IMG/VR virus record: IMGVR_UViG_2740891861_000008
Location: 17,256-81,255 of that record
DNA length: 64,000 nucleotides
Origin: a virus
Taxonomy: Duplodnaviria > Caudoviricetes
Direction: 5' to 3' (one strand)
Below the pieces are notes generated by a model. The model searched no databases. It was not told where the DNA came from and saw only the letters and a program-made list of their open reading frames with translations. Numbering within the stretch: the first letter of the stretch is position 1; the number at the start of each line of letters is the position of its first letter. Shown piece after piece: positions 39,187 through 50,262 of the stretch. The translations under genes were made by a program, and so were the position numbers.

Positions 39187-40747
39187 GAGCGGCGATGGCC
39201 TGACGCACTTCGACGGCGCGGGCGAGATCCTGCGCGCCTGGGGCAACGGGCTGCGGCCCGACCCGGACCTGACCGTCTCGGAATGGGCGGACCGGCACCG
39301 GATGCTCTCGGGCCGCGCCTCGGCCGAGCCCGGGCGGTATCGCACGGTGCGCACGCCCTACATGCGCGAGATCATGGATCGGCTGTCGCCGGGCGATCCC
39401 ACGCAGCGGATCGTGTTCATGAAGGCTGCGCAGGTCGGGGCGACCGAGGCCGGCAACAACTGGATCGGCTTCGCGATCCATCAGGCGCCGGGCCCGATGC
39501 TCGCGGTCCAGCCGACGGTGGAACTGGCCAAGCGCAACTCGCGACAGCGGATCGACCCGCTGATCGACGAGAGCCCCGAGCTGCGGGAGCGGGTCAAGCC
39601 CGCGCGATCCCGCGATGCGGGCAACACGATGCTGTCGAAGGAATTCGCGGGCGGCATCCTGATCATGACGGGCGCGAACTCGGCGGTCGGGCTGCGCTCG
39701 ACCCCGGCACGGTACATCTTCCTCGACGAGGTCGACGCCTATCCGGCCTCGGCCGACGAGGAAGGCGATCCGGTGACGCTGGCCGAGGCCCGGTCGCTGA
39801 CCTTCGCCCATCGCCGCAAGGTGCTGCTCGTCTCGACCCCGACGATCCGGGGGCTGAGCCGGATCGAGCGCGAATACGAGGCGTCCGACCAGCGCCGGTT
39901 CTTCGTGCCGTGCCCGCATTGCGGTGCGATGCAGTGGCTGAAGTTCGACCGGCTGCGCTGGCAGAAGGGCCGCCCGGAGACGGCGGAGTATCACTGCGAG
40001 GGCTGCGAAACGCCCATCGCGGAGCACCACAAGACGGCGATGCTGGAGGGCGGCGAATGGCGGGCGACCGCGACCGCCGCCGATCCGACGACGGTCGGGT
40101 ATCACCTCTCGGCGCTCTATTCGCCGATCGGCTGGCTGAGCTGGGAGCGGATCGTGCGGGCATGGGACGCGGCTCAGGGGTCGGACGAGGCGATCAAGGC
40201 GTTCCGCAACACGATCCTCGGCGAGACCTGGGTCGAGACCGGGGAAGCCCCGGACTGGCAGCGGCTCTACGACCGCCGCGAGCGCTGGACATCCGACACG
40301 GTGCCAGCTGGCGGGCTGTTCCTGACCGCCGGGGCAGACGTGCAGAAGGACCGGATCGAGGTCGACGTCTGGGCATGGGGGCGCGGTCTGGAAAGCTGGC
40401 TCGTCGATCATGTCGTGATTGAGGGCGGGCCGGACCGGCACGACGCGTGGTCGGAGCTGACGGCGCTGCTGGATCGAAGCTGGCCGCATGCCCGGACGGC
40501 CGCTTTCGGTGCTGGCATTGACGGTTCCGATTGCTTGGAAAAACGTGAGCGACAGTAGCTTACTTTTTCCAAAAGTAACACACTACCGATTGACCCTTGC
40601 CGGGCCGCTCCGCTTCAATCCGTGTGGCAAGGGATACCCCTGCACCCCGAACGGCCTTTCAGGCCGTGCGGCCTTGATCCGCCCCAGCCATGTGGGGGCG
40701 GTCGGATCAAGGCCGCCGCGCCACCCCCCATGCCCATTTCCGCAGAA

Positions 40748-40860
40748 GTGCATATGCACACGCACTCAAACGAGCTTATGTGCTTTTGCACGTTTATGTA
40801 TTTGCAAATAAAAGACTTTTCGCATTTGTGCATATACACCTTTGTGCATTTGCAACTGTG
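40748..40860. repeat. AT-rich tract with repeated TGCA/TTTGTGCAT
   Basis: TGCA recurs many times in about 110 bp; plasmid centromere/iteron-like (inference). Confidence 0.4.
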
Positions 40861-41009
40861 CGCCTTGAGGGAAGCGCGAGGAGCCAGCCCCGGCCCGCTC
40901 TCCCCCACAGAGGGCCGTAGGGACGGGGCTGGCGGCGGTGCCGTTTGCGCATCCCTCACCGAAGCCGCATGTGTTGCACTTGTATACACAAACACCTACA
41001 CTATCTCGC

Positions 41010-41315
41010 ATGAAGGAGAAGATTGCAGGCTTCGATTGGGACGAGGGCAACTGGCCCAAGTGCGGCAAGCATGGGGTTGCCCAAACCGAGATCGAACATG
41101 TCATCGAGACGGCCAGGTTCATGGTGGATGACCCGAGCCCTAGCGAGAAGCGGTTCAGGACTGCCGGAAAGGCCCTGAGCGGTCGCTATGTGTTCGTGGC
41201 TTTCACCTTCCGGGAGAGAGGTGGGAAAACCTTCCTGCGTCCGATCAGCGCCCGCTACATGCACGAGAAGGAGATCAGGAGCTATGAAGCGCAAATGGCC
41301 CGAATTGACCTCTGA
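41010..41315 (+). CDS. brnT: BrnT-family toxin
   Basis: FDWDEGN..KHGV..E and RPISAR motifs. Confidence 0.9.
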   Translation: MKEKIAGFDWDEGNWPKCGKHGVAQTEIEHVIETARFMVDDPSPSEKRFRTAGKALSGRYVFVAFTFRERGGKTFLRPISARYMHEKEIRSYEAQMARIDL

Positions 41316-41535
41316 CGAGGACGCAGAGCGTTTCGTAGAGGAAGCCGACCTCACCGAGTACGATTTCTCGCAGATGGTGCCGGTGAGCTTCGAGTTCGAG
41401 AAGAAGGCCGCGGCTCTCAATATGCGCATCCCGCAAAGCCTTCTGGATGCTGTTAAGGCCAAGGCGGCTGCGAAAGGGGTTCCCTTCACCCGCTATGTGC
41501 GGCTGCTCATCGAGCAGGATCTGGCACGGCCTTAG
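41284..41535 (+). CDS. brnA: BrnA/CopG-family antitoxin
   Basis: RHH motif LNMRIPQSLLDAVKAKA..GVPF; overlaps brnT. Confidence 0.88.
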   Translation: MKRKWPELTSDEDAERFVEEADLTEYDFSQMVPVSFEFEKKAAALNMRIPQSLLDAVKAKAAAKGVPFTRYVRLLIEQDLARP

Positions 41536-41593
41536 CCGCGACTGTTGCCACCGTCCCTGAGCGCGTTTGCTCACCGCTAGGCTGGATCGGCTC

Positions 41594-41788
41594 TTAGGTA
41601 TTCAGCTTGTCGAGCAACTCCACGACGGCGGAGCCATCATCCTCTCGTAGCGCTGCGCGTGCGATCTCGATCCCCGCGAGGACGCCTCGCAGATAGGCTC
41701 CGGCCTCTGGGTCCGTCCGTCCAGCTAGATCGGAAGTCTCGACATGATCTCGGGCCGTGTTCAGCCGCTCGGTCTGATAAGGGGTCAT
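41594..41788 (-). CDS. Small hypothetical protein
   Basis: 64 aa, ATGA-coupled to the upstream HTH gene. Confidence 0.5.
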   Translation of the reverse strand: MTPYQTERLNTARDHVETSDLAGRTDPEAGAYLRGVLAGIEIARAALREDDGSAVVELLDKLNT

Positions 41789-42198
41789 TCTTCTGTCCTT
41801 CTTTTCCACGGCCAGAATGAGCGCCGTGGCCGGTTGGAGAGCTTAATGGCCATCTGCCGCCACTGATCCCGATCCGCTTCAGCCTGGTCGCGGGCACGTT
41901 CGGCTGCATCTGCTCGGGCCGTCGCCAAAGCCAGCTTCTCTCGCAGGTCTGCCAGGACTTCGGGGTGGGCATATGTGGGCATTTCCGGGTGGGCGTGCCC
42001 AGTGGGCGTCCACTGGGCATTTGCCCACTTGTTGAGGTCGTCAGGGTGGATCCGCCAGCGGTTGCGGTTGTCTCTTGAGGCTTTCAGTTCAAGGGTTTCT
42101 ATGGCCCTCATGACGGTGCGCCGACTTACCTTGGCGATGTGGGCAGCCTGGGCAGGAGATATGGGCAAAAGGTGGGCGTTGCCCATGGGCAAGGTCAT
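41785..42198 (-). CDS. Plasmid-type HTH plus coiled-coil protein
   Basis: SPAQAAHIAKVSRRTVMRAI HTH, coiled coil, RRSFWPW tail. Confidence 0.7.
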   Translation of the reverse strand: MTLPMGNAHLLPISPAQAAHIAKVSRRTVMRAIETLELKASRDNRNRWRIHPDDLNKWANAQWTPTGHAHPEMPTYAHPEVLADLREKLALATARADAAERARDQAEADRDQWRQMAIKLSNRPRRSFWPWKRRTEE

Positions 42199-42929
42199 GT
42201 GCGCTTCCGGTGCGCCAACGCCCTTGGGTGTGCACCATCCTTTGCCTTCTCGGCGAAGGCTGCACGAGCAATATCGGCTGAACGCGGCGCGCATCTGCGG
42301 ATCGCGCGGCTGGCCATCGACACCGGCTATGAGGCCCCGGCGGTCTATTCCTGGTCGCGGGCGCAGGGGTTTGGGCAAGTGTCGCCGGTGAAGGGTGTCG
42401 AGGGGTTCAATCGCTCGAGCCCGGTCTCGGGGCCGACCTTCGTCGATGCGACCGAGGGCGGCAAACGCCTGCGGCGTGGCGCCCGGCTCTGGACCGTGGC
42501 AGTCTCGACCTTCAAAGCCGAGACCTACCGCTTCCTGCGACTGGCGCGGCCGACCGAGGAGGAGGAGGCCGAGGGTGCCGCGTTCCCGCCCGGCACGATC
42601 CACCTGCCGACGTGGGTGGAAAGCGAATGGCTGAAGCAGGTCGTGGCCGAACAGCTGGTGACGGTTCGCACGAAGCGGGGCTTCGCGAAACTCGAATGGC
42701 AGAAGCTTCGCGAGCGCAACGAGGCGCTGGATTGCCGGGTCTATGCCCGCGCCGCCGCCTGGATCGCGGGCGCGGACCGCTGGCCGGACGAGAAATGGCG
42801 CGACCTCGAGGATCAGCTCGGGGCGGCGCCAACGGAAATCGATGGCGCGGGGCGGGTTAACCGGCCGCAATCCGCACCCCAGGGAAAACGGCAGTCGGAC
42901 TGGCTTGGCCGACGCGGAGGATGGTTCTA

Positions 42930-43139
42930 ATGACCGACTGGACGGAAGCCGAGCTCTCGGCGTTGCGCCGGGCCTATGCCAGCGGCACGACCCGGGTCAG
43001 TTATGATGGAAAATCGGTCGACTACGGCTCGGCCGAGGATCTTCTGACGCGCATCCGGACCATCGAACGCGCCATCGCGGGCACGGCGCGGCCGCTGCCG
43101 GTGGCGGGGCTCGCGGGCTTCTCGCGCGGGGACCGGTGA
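42930..43139 (+). CDS. gpW-like head-tail joining protein
   Basis: RVSYDGKSVDYGS; follows terL. Confidence 0.8.
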   Translation: MTDWTEAELSALRRAYASGTTRVSYDGKSVDYGSAEDLLTRIRTIERAIAGTARPLPVAGLAGFSRGDR

Positions 43140-44753
43140 TGTCGGCAAACTGGTTCGACCACGCCATCGCCACGGTGGCGCCGCGCATGGCGGCCCGACG
43201 CGTGCTGGCACGGCAGGCTTTCGAGACCCTGACGCGCGGCTATGATGGTGCGTCGAAAGGGCGGCGGACGGACGGCTGGCGCGCGCCGGGATCCTCGGCC
43301 GACACCGAGATCGGCGTGGCCGGTGCTCTGCTACGCGACCGGATGCGCGATCTGGTGCGCAACAACCCGCATGCGGCCAAGGCCGTGGCGGTGCTTGTGA
43401 ACAACATCACCCGCATGCAGAAGGAGGCATCCATGCCTGAGAGCACGACCACCGTGGCCGGGGATGTCCCCGCCAGCACCGAGACCCGCCAGCCGCCTGT
43501 CGCGGCCCCGGCGAACTCCGAACCCGCCGCCGCGCGTATGCCGGATGCGCCCGCCACGCCCGACAGCGAGGCCATCGCAACTCGCGCCCGCGAGGCCGAA
43601 CGCGACCGCGTCTCCACCATCTACGATCTGACCGGCCGTCTGAACCTCGAACGCAGCTTCGCCGACGATCTGGTCAAGCGCGGCGTCAGCGTCGACGAAT
43701 CCCGCCGCCTTATCCTCGACCAGATCGCCGCGAAATCCGACGAGACCCGGACCTTCCCGCATGTCTCGGTGCCCCTCGGCGGCCGCGACGAGCGGATCAC
43801 CCGCCGCGACGCCGTGGCGAACGCGCTGCTGCACCGCTACAGCCCCACGCTCTTCCCGCTCGAGGATGCCGCGCGCCAGTATCGCGGCATGACCCTGCTG
43901 GAACTGGCCCGCGAAAGCCTCGGCAATGCCGGGGTCAACACGCGGGGCCTGTCGCGCGACGAGGTGGCGACGCGCGCGCTGCACTCGACCTCGGACTTCC
44001 CCGAGATCCTGTCGGCGGTCACCAACAAGACCCTGCGGCAGGCCTACGACGCCTATCCCCGGACCTTCGCGCTCTTCTGCCGCCAGGTGCTGGCGACCGA
44101 CTTCAAGTCCATGCACCGGGTGCAACTGGGCGAGGCGCCGCAGCTTCTGGAAGTGGGCGAAAGCGGCGAGTTCAAGCGCGGCACCCTTGGGGAAAGCAAG
44201 GAGAGCTACCGCGTGAAGACCTATGGCCGGGTCGTCGCGATCACCAGGCAGGTGCTGATCAACGACGATCTCGACGCCTTCACCCGAATCCCCGCGATGT
44301 ACGGCAACTCCATCGCGCAGCTGGAAAGCGATGTGGTCTGGGGCATCATCACCGCGAACCCGGCGATGGCCGATGGCAACGCGCTGTTCCACACCACGCA
44401 CAAGAACCTCGCCGCAACGGGCGCCGCGCTGGACGTGGCGAGCGTTGGCGCGGCCCGGGCGGCGATGGCGCTGCAGACCGGCCTCGACAAGAAGACGGTG
44501 CTGAACATCCGCCCAGCCTTCCTGATCGTGCCCGCCGCGCTGGAACTGAAGGCCGAGCAGCTGGTGGCGCAGAACCTTGTCCCCGCCGACAGCGCCAAGG
44601 TGGTCCCGCAGTCGATCCGTACCCTCTCGCCGATCAGCGAGCCGCGCCTCGATGCGGCCAGCGCCACTTCCTGGTATCTGGCGGCGAGCCCGAACCAGAT
44701 CGACACCATCGAATACGCCTATCTCGAGGGCCAGCAGGGTGCCTACATCGAAA
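43139..44753 (+). pseudogene. In-frame fusion of portal N terminus (to 43408) with a truncated protease/major-capsid C-terminal region
   Basis: RMRDLVRNNPHA..VNNI joins TRMQKEASMPE..HSTSDFP..NDDLDAF; homology ends at GAYIE. Confidence 0.85.
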
Positions 44754-44903
44754 GACGAGCTTCGGTCCGCGACCCTGGGCGGCGATGCCCATGTACATCC
44801 GGGCGGGGTCGTTCGTTGCCGGCACAGTCCGGGCGAAAAAGCTGTCCGTGCGATCCACGCCGGGCGGCGGGAAGATCCGCGCACCGATGAGTTGCGTCGC
44901 CAT
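44753..44903 (-). pseudogene. 5' fragment of an unknown gene (MATQLIG...) cut at a junction
   Basis: GGAGG RBS plus ATG; frame runs into antisense capsid sequence. Confidence 0.5.
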
Positions 44904-44970
44904 GGGAACCTCCACAGGCCGCAGCTAATCTTGCGGAAGGCCAAATGCAAGGATTTATTGCGCACAGCGG

Positions 44971-45627
44971 TCAGGCGATCTGCGCGACCTCCTCGATCCG
45001 CGCGGTGCCGGCTTCCTCCTCGAAGTAGCGGTCCCCACCGCTCAGGGACGCGCAGAAGAGGTCGGCAAGGACGCTGCCGATCCGTCGCATGTCGTCGTGA
45101 AAGAGGTCGAGCTTCAGGATCCTCTGCGCTCCGCGCTCGGCGTTGAACTTCACCCGGAAGCCTGCGAGCAGCGTCTGCCCCGTGCGGGCAGACTGCTTGT
45201 GGATCGGCTTGATCGTCCGGCCGTCTCCGTGTGCGAGGGCGTCGCGGAGCCACTTGAAGAAGTCCTCGGCCGTCATGGCCTCGAAATCGGTGTTGATCCT
45301 GCGGTCCTCGATCTCGCGCCCGTCGGCGCGGTCGACCAACACTAGCTGGGGCATGGCCAGGGACAGCCGCCACGGATCTTCTGTGATCCGTTTCTCCCGC
45401 ATGGCTTCCCGAACATCATGGGCGCGGTGGTCGGCATGGTCCTGCCACTGGCCTCGCTGCCCTTGGTTGCCTGCGACCCATGCGCGGTTCTTGGTCCAGA
45501 GCAGGACGCTGCTGAACAGGGCGAAGGTCTGCGTCACGTTGAAGGTCGTCTGCGGCGGCTCGTCGAGCATCGCCTTCAGGCGGTTCACGATGGCCCATTC
45601 GACATGTTCGTCAGCGATGCCGCCCAT
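44971..45627 (-). CDS. HEPN-like protein
   Basis: VTQTFALFSSVLLW helix and FFKWLRDALAHG (Rx4H); AGGAGGT RBS. Confidence 0.55.
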   Translation of the reverse strand: MGGIADEHVEWAIVNRLKAMLDEPPQTTFNVTQTFALFSSVLLWTKNRAWVAGNQGQRGQWQDHADHRAHDVREAMREKRITEDPWRLSLAMPQLVLVDRADGREIEDRRINTDFEAMTAEDFFKWLRDALAHGDGRTIKPIHKQSARTGQTLLAGFRVKFNAERGAQRILKLDLFHDDMRRIGSVLADLFCASLSGGDRYFEEEAGTARIEEVAQIA

Positions 45628-45639
45628 GAGCCACCTCCT

Positions 45640-48312
45640 TCATTCGTCCTCCCCATCGTCGTCTGGGTTCTCGTCGTCTTCTTCCGACGCCGTCAGCCCG
45701 GCAGCACGTTCGGCTTCGGCGCGTTCGGCATTGAGGGCGAGGAGGCGGGCGAGCACCTCGTCCTTGAACTCGGACGGCCAGTCGAGGCGCGTTTTGGCCT
45801 GCTTGCCTTCGTCGGCGTCCTGCTCGACGAACTCCGGCTGCGCGCAGTCGGCAAGGTCGTCCCACCCATAGGCGCGCAGGACGGCATCATCCATGTCGGC
45901 ATGCCGCTCCCGCAGGCGAGCAATATCTGGGGCTTTCTCGAAGCGGTCGTGGAAGCGGTTGTAGGTCTTAGTGAGGCCTTCACCGCTGCCAGACATCAGG
46001 CTAAGCCTTTGAGAGAGAAATGCTTCTCCCTTCGTTGCTAGTTCTTCAATGTGCCCAGACTTGACAGGGAAGGGGAACGTTTCAAAGCAGGCTCCAGTCG
46101 AATAATTCAATGTTTCTCCAAGCGTGGAAGCAAATGTTTCAACCCACAACCAGTGAGCGCGTGTATTCAAGACGCAGTCCATAGGCCCCGGTGGAGCCGC
46201 AACCACTATCGCTTTCTGATCGAATATTTGCGCTGAAGTGACTCGCGAAAAGCTAATAAACTTTGTGGCCTGCGAGCAAACGAGAACGCTTGTTTGTGAC
46301 CTTATCTTATCATAAAGCTTGTTCTTCCGGTAAGCGAACTGCCACCATCGGTTGCGAAGGTCCTCTCGCTTCTGTTTCACTCTCTCAGGCTTCACGTATT
46401 CTTCTGCAATTTCGACAAGCTCGGGAAATCTCGCTCGCGCATCGGAGAGGGGCATATTCTCCAAATCAAAGATAAATCGGGAAGCTGCTTGTGCGGGATG
46501 GTTGTTGATATCATCGCCGCCCAGATAGGGAAAAATTCGGCTCTCTGAATAACGATTGGCCAAAACAACTTTTTCAAGCATAGGCGTTGAGGGGCCAAGA
46601 CCCTTCTCATGTGCCGAGTCATCAAAAATGAAGCCTTTTCCAAGTGGAATCGATCCTTGAAACGCAAGGCCTGCGTTTGCGACTAGCCTATGGGGAGACG
46701 CGTCCAAGTCGCCTTCGACGAGATACGCCGAGATTCGTGAAACCGCTTTGCCATCGAGCAGCGGCTTAGACGAAAGGCGTTCAGTCTTCACTATGTGGAC
46801 GACGGCCACGATCACCATTGCGTCGCCTGGCCATCTCAGACGTCGGACCGCGTGTGAGATGCGAGCTTGACCCTCAAGAATTATCGTTAGGCCGGATAAC
46901 CTCGTTTCACCTTGACCGATTGTCTTCGTTGCAATTAACCCCAACGCTCCACCGGCGCGAAGCAATTTGAAGGCATGTCGGAAGAAGTGGGCCACTAGGT
47001 CCGCGTTGCCATGTGAGCCTGGCGAAGCTTCCGAAAGCCAAGCGGCGTAGTTAGCGCCATACTCGCTAGAGATCTTTCGACCGCCCAAGAATGGTGGATT
47101 GCCCACGATGGCATCGAATCCGCCATTCTCACGCTTGAATACTTCTGGGAATTCGATGACCCAGTGGAAGGGAGGTATACCTTGGACTCCCGCGCGCAGC
47201 GCATTCCCTGAAGCCTCAAGCAGGTCCCAACGGGCGGGCCTGCCGGAGAACCAGCTTTCTGCATCCGCCCGGGCTTTCTCGCGTGCTTTGGCCTTGTCGG
47301 CTGAGAAAAAGGCCGCGATCACCGCATCCCCCAACAGCCTGACAGGTGAAAGGCGCGTCTCGACATGCTTGTGCCGCTGTTCCTGGATCGCGCGCATGGT
47401 GTCGTCCGGTGCTGACCGTATCTCGGCCCGGGCCCGGTCCGCCTCGGCCACGCGCTCAGCGACGAGCGGCCGCAGCAAGGGCAGGCCGGGCTTCGACGAA
47501 TCCCAGTTCGCAGCGGCGATCTGCTCGGGGGTCAGGCCGACGAGGCTGTCGCCGCATTTCAGCGCATGATCGAGGAAGGTGAACTCGTGATCCTTCGCGA
47601 GGGTGGCGAGCCACAGCGACAGCTTCGCCAGATCGACCGCGCGCGCGTTTCTGTCGACCCCATAGAGGCAACGCTGCGCCACGAGGCGGCGGGCATGCAG
47701 ATCCTCGTCCTCATCGGGGGGAATGACCGGTCTTTTCTCCGGCCAGTCCGCCCAGGCCTTGACCAGCCGCGTCGCGATGGCGCGGCAGGCCTCCACCAGG
47801 AAGGCGCCCGACCCCATGGCCGGGTCGCATACCTTCAGATCGAGGATTTGCTCCGGCGTCGCATCCGGCCCGAGCCGTTCGAAAGCCGGCTCCAGCGCAT
47901 GTGCGACGATCGGCTGGGTGAGGCTGCGGGGCGTGTAGTGGCTGCCGGTGCGGCGGCGCTCGTCCGTCGGCTGCAGGATTGGAGTGCCGGGGGACGCGAT
48001 TACATGGCGGGGCGATCCGCGCTCGTCCACGATGCCATCGAAGGCGGCGGCAAGATCCTCCACCGTCGCTGCCGCCTCGACCGGCTTTGCCTGAGCGGCC
48101 GTGAGCGAACGGCCGACGTTCTCCTTCAGATCCTTGATCCGGTCCTTGCCCTTGCGTTTCAGCAGTTCGTCGAGCGCAACAAACACGGGCGTCCGGTTGT
48201 TCTTGCCTGCCTTGATCGCGAGCACGCGGCTTTCGGCGACCTCAACGGTGAAGCCCATGACCGTCTCGTAGACCGAACCGATCTGCTCGACGTCCAGCGT
48301 GCGGTAGGACAG
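45640..48312 (-). pseudogene. 5'-truncated Eco57I/MmeI-like adenine MTase (type IIG/IIL or DrmMI-like)
   Basis: LSYRTLDVEQIGSVYE, GSHYTP, DPAMGSG, GNPPF, low-GC TRD; N terminus lost. Confidence 0.85.
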
Positions 48313-48773
48313 CGGGGCTCCGGGTTGGACAGGGACTGATACTGCACCTCGATCGCCTCGGATCGGCGGATTGCGTCGACCACAGACCGAAGGGTTTGAG
48401 GATCGACGCCGCGCGCCGGGGTAGGCGCGGAATCGTAGGCGGGCAGTCCCGCGATCCAGCAGTCGTCCTCATCGAGGATGCCGTCAGCGACCGACCGCAG
48501 CTGGGCCAAGTATCGACCGGCATCCAGCTTGTCGAAAACCGGCTTGAAGCCAGGCTGGCGCACATAGGTCCGAAGGCTGCGGTCGTAGTCCATGTTATGA
48601 GGAGCGAGGCCGATGTAGCGGCTCAGGTCGGATGACGCCTGGTTCACCGACAGCCCGAACTGCTCCATCACATCGCTGCGGTTCACATGCCCCTCCCAAA
48701 ACAGGCGGAACTCGATGAACTCGAGCCTCTGCTCGACCCCCCAACGAAGCTCCGACCTGTCGTTGCTCACCAC
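48310..48773 (-). pseudogene. 3'-truncated CapW/BrxR-like WYL regulator
   Basis: RLEFIEFRLFWEG.VNRSD..FG wHTH and EVQYQSLS start of WYL domain; cut at the junction. Confidence 0.85.
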
Positions 48774-48891
48774 GCTCTCCCGTCATCGGTCGATGCGCAT
48801 GGAAATCATGCGCGCCCAATTTCTGGGCCTTCTTGGACCGTAGCCGCACGATGCTTGGGGATCAATCGAAAAGGGAAGGGTTGGCGCGCGA

Positions 48892-50046
48892 TTATCCCAA
48901 GGATTGCCGCAGGTTCTGCGCGACGGCATCGGCCGCCATCCGCACTGGTTCCGCCGCGAGATGGGCGTATCGCGCCGTGGTCTGGACCTGCGTGTGGCCA
49001 AGGAGCTTGCCGATCATCGGCAGGCCCTGACCGGAAGCCACGGCCGTGGACGCGAAGGTGTGGCGCAGGTCGTGGATGCGGACGTCCTTGACCCCTGCAC
49101 GGGCGCGGACGCGCTGCCAGAAGGGTTGCAGATCGCTCAGGGGCTTGCCGGACAAAGTGCCGGTGATCACCCACGGGTTGCCGTCAATGCGCTGGGCGCC
49201 CCGCAGCAGGTCCACCACCGGCTGACCTACATGGACGACCTTCGCGCCTGTCTTGGAATCCGGCAGGCGCAGGGCAGGGACGTCGAGATCGACGTAGGAC
49301 CATTTCAGGGACATGATCTCGTTCAGGCGGCAACCCGTCAGGATCAGCAGGCGCGCGGCGAGGATGGCCGAGGCCAGTTCCACCCCTTCCGCTTCCATCT
49401 CGCGCAGCACCTCGCCGATCCGGCGCAGCTCGGCCGCGCTCAGGAACCGTTCGCGCTTTTCCTCGGGGTATTTCCGGATGTGCTTGCGCGGGTTGGTCCC
49501 ATCAGGACGTAGGCCCCACATCTCGGACAGACTGAACATCTTCGAGATCACCTCGAGGCAGCGATTGGCCTGATAGGGAATGTGGCGCAGATCGTGGTGG
49601 AACTTCGCGACATCCGCCCGCGTGATCCCCGTGACCGTCAACTGCCCGAGGGCGGGCAGGATGAAGCGTTGAAGGTTCCGGCGATACTCTTTCCCCGTGC
49701 TCGCCTTCACGCGGATGGCGATGTGTTCCTTGTCGAACCGTTCAGCCAGTTCCTTGATCGTGATGGCCTTGCGTCCGGCGTCGCGTTCCGCGGCAGGGTC
49801 CTGCCCGTTGCGCGCGGCGGCGACGATGGTGATGGCGCGGGTCCGTGCCTGTTCGCAGGTCAACACGGTGCTGGGCCCGAGGCTGATGCGCCGTGACCGG
49901 CGCCCCGCACGGTATTGCACGACGTAGCCTTTCCGCCCGCTTGGCAGCACCCGAAGCCCGAAGCCGGGGATGTCGCTGTCCCAGACGAAGTATTCGGTGG
50001 CTTGGGGCTCTGCGGCGTCGACGATGCGCTTGGTGAGTTTGGGCAT
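48892..50046 (-). CDS. Tyrosine integrase
   Basis: TGCRLNE, HDLRH, LLGH, TARY; N-terminal arm domain PGFGLRV. Confidence 0.95.
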   Translation of the reverse strand: MPKLTKRIVDAAEPQATEYFVWDSDIPGFGLRVLPSGRKGYVVQYRAGRRSRRISLGPSTVLTCEQARTRAITIVAAARNGQDPAAERDAGRKAITIKELAERFDKEHIAIRVKASTGKEYRRNLQRFILPALGQLTVTGITRADVAKFHHDLRHIPYQANRCLEVISKMFSLSEMWGLRPDGTNPRKHIRKYPEEKRERFLSAAELRRIGEVLREMEAEGVELASAILAARLLILTGCRLNEIMSLKWSYVDLDVPALRLPDSKTGAKVVHVGQPVVDLLRGAQRIDGNPWVITGTLSGKPLSDLQPFWQRVRARAGVKDVRIHDLRHTFASTAVASGQGLPMIGKLLGHTQVQTTARYAHLAAEPVRMAADAVAQNLRQSLG

Positions 50047-50262
50047 GGGAGTGGCTTCCGGGTTCTCTGGATTCCACAGTGCGCAATGCAGATGACTAGT
50101 CAACGAACACATTGATATTGCGTGTAAAAAGGAAAATCCGCGCAATCTCACGCAGGGGCTGCATCGCAGTCGAGCGCGGACAGGATGGTCCGCAGGAATC
50201 AGAACGCAGGTTCCGGTCTTTCGGCCGTGCTGCTAAGGTCCGCGAAAAGAAACGGAATCCCG

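Larger units (their letters stand above)
40491..42280. mobile_element. Plasmid-like segment with BrnT/BrnA inserted into terL
   Basis: TG on both flanks, no loss of terL codons; no transposase or rep gene. Confidence 0.7.
39134..42930 (+). pseudogene. terL: Second gpA terminase large subunit, split by a 1.8 kb insert
   Basis: 5' part ends DRSWPH (40489); 3' part resumes ERGAHLRIARLAIDTG (42280); collinear with terL at 7912-9963. Confidence 0.92.

Noticed and set aside
40491-42280. Intron or intein in terL
   Set aside because: In-frame stop at 40556-58, no intein or group I/II intron features; content is plasmid-like
43331-45373. 680-aa - strand ORF
   Set aside because: Shadow of the capsid region that crosses a junction; no recognisable motifs
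45640-48773. Complete DISARM or BREX system
   Set aside because: No helicase, PglZ or BrxC genes in the window; only truncated MTase and WYL remain
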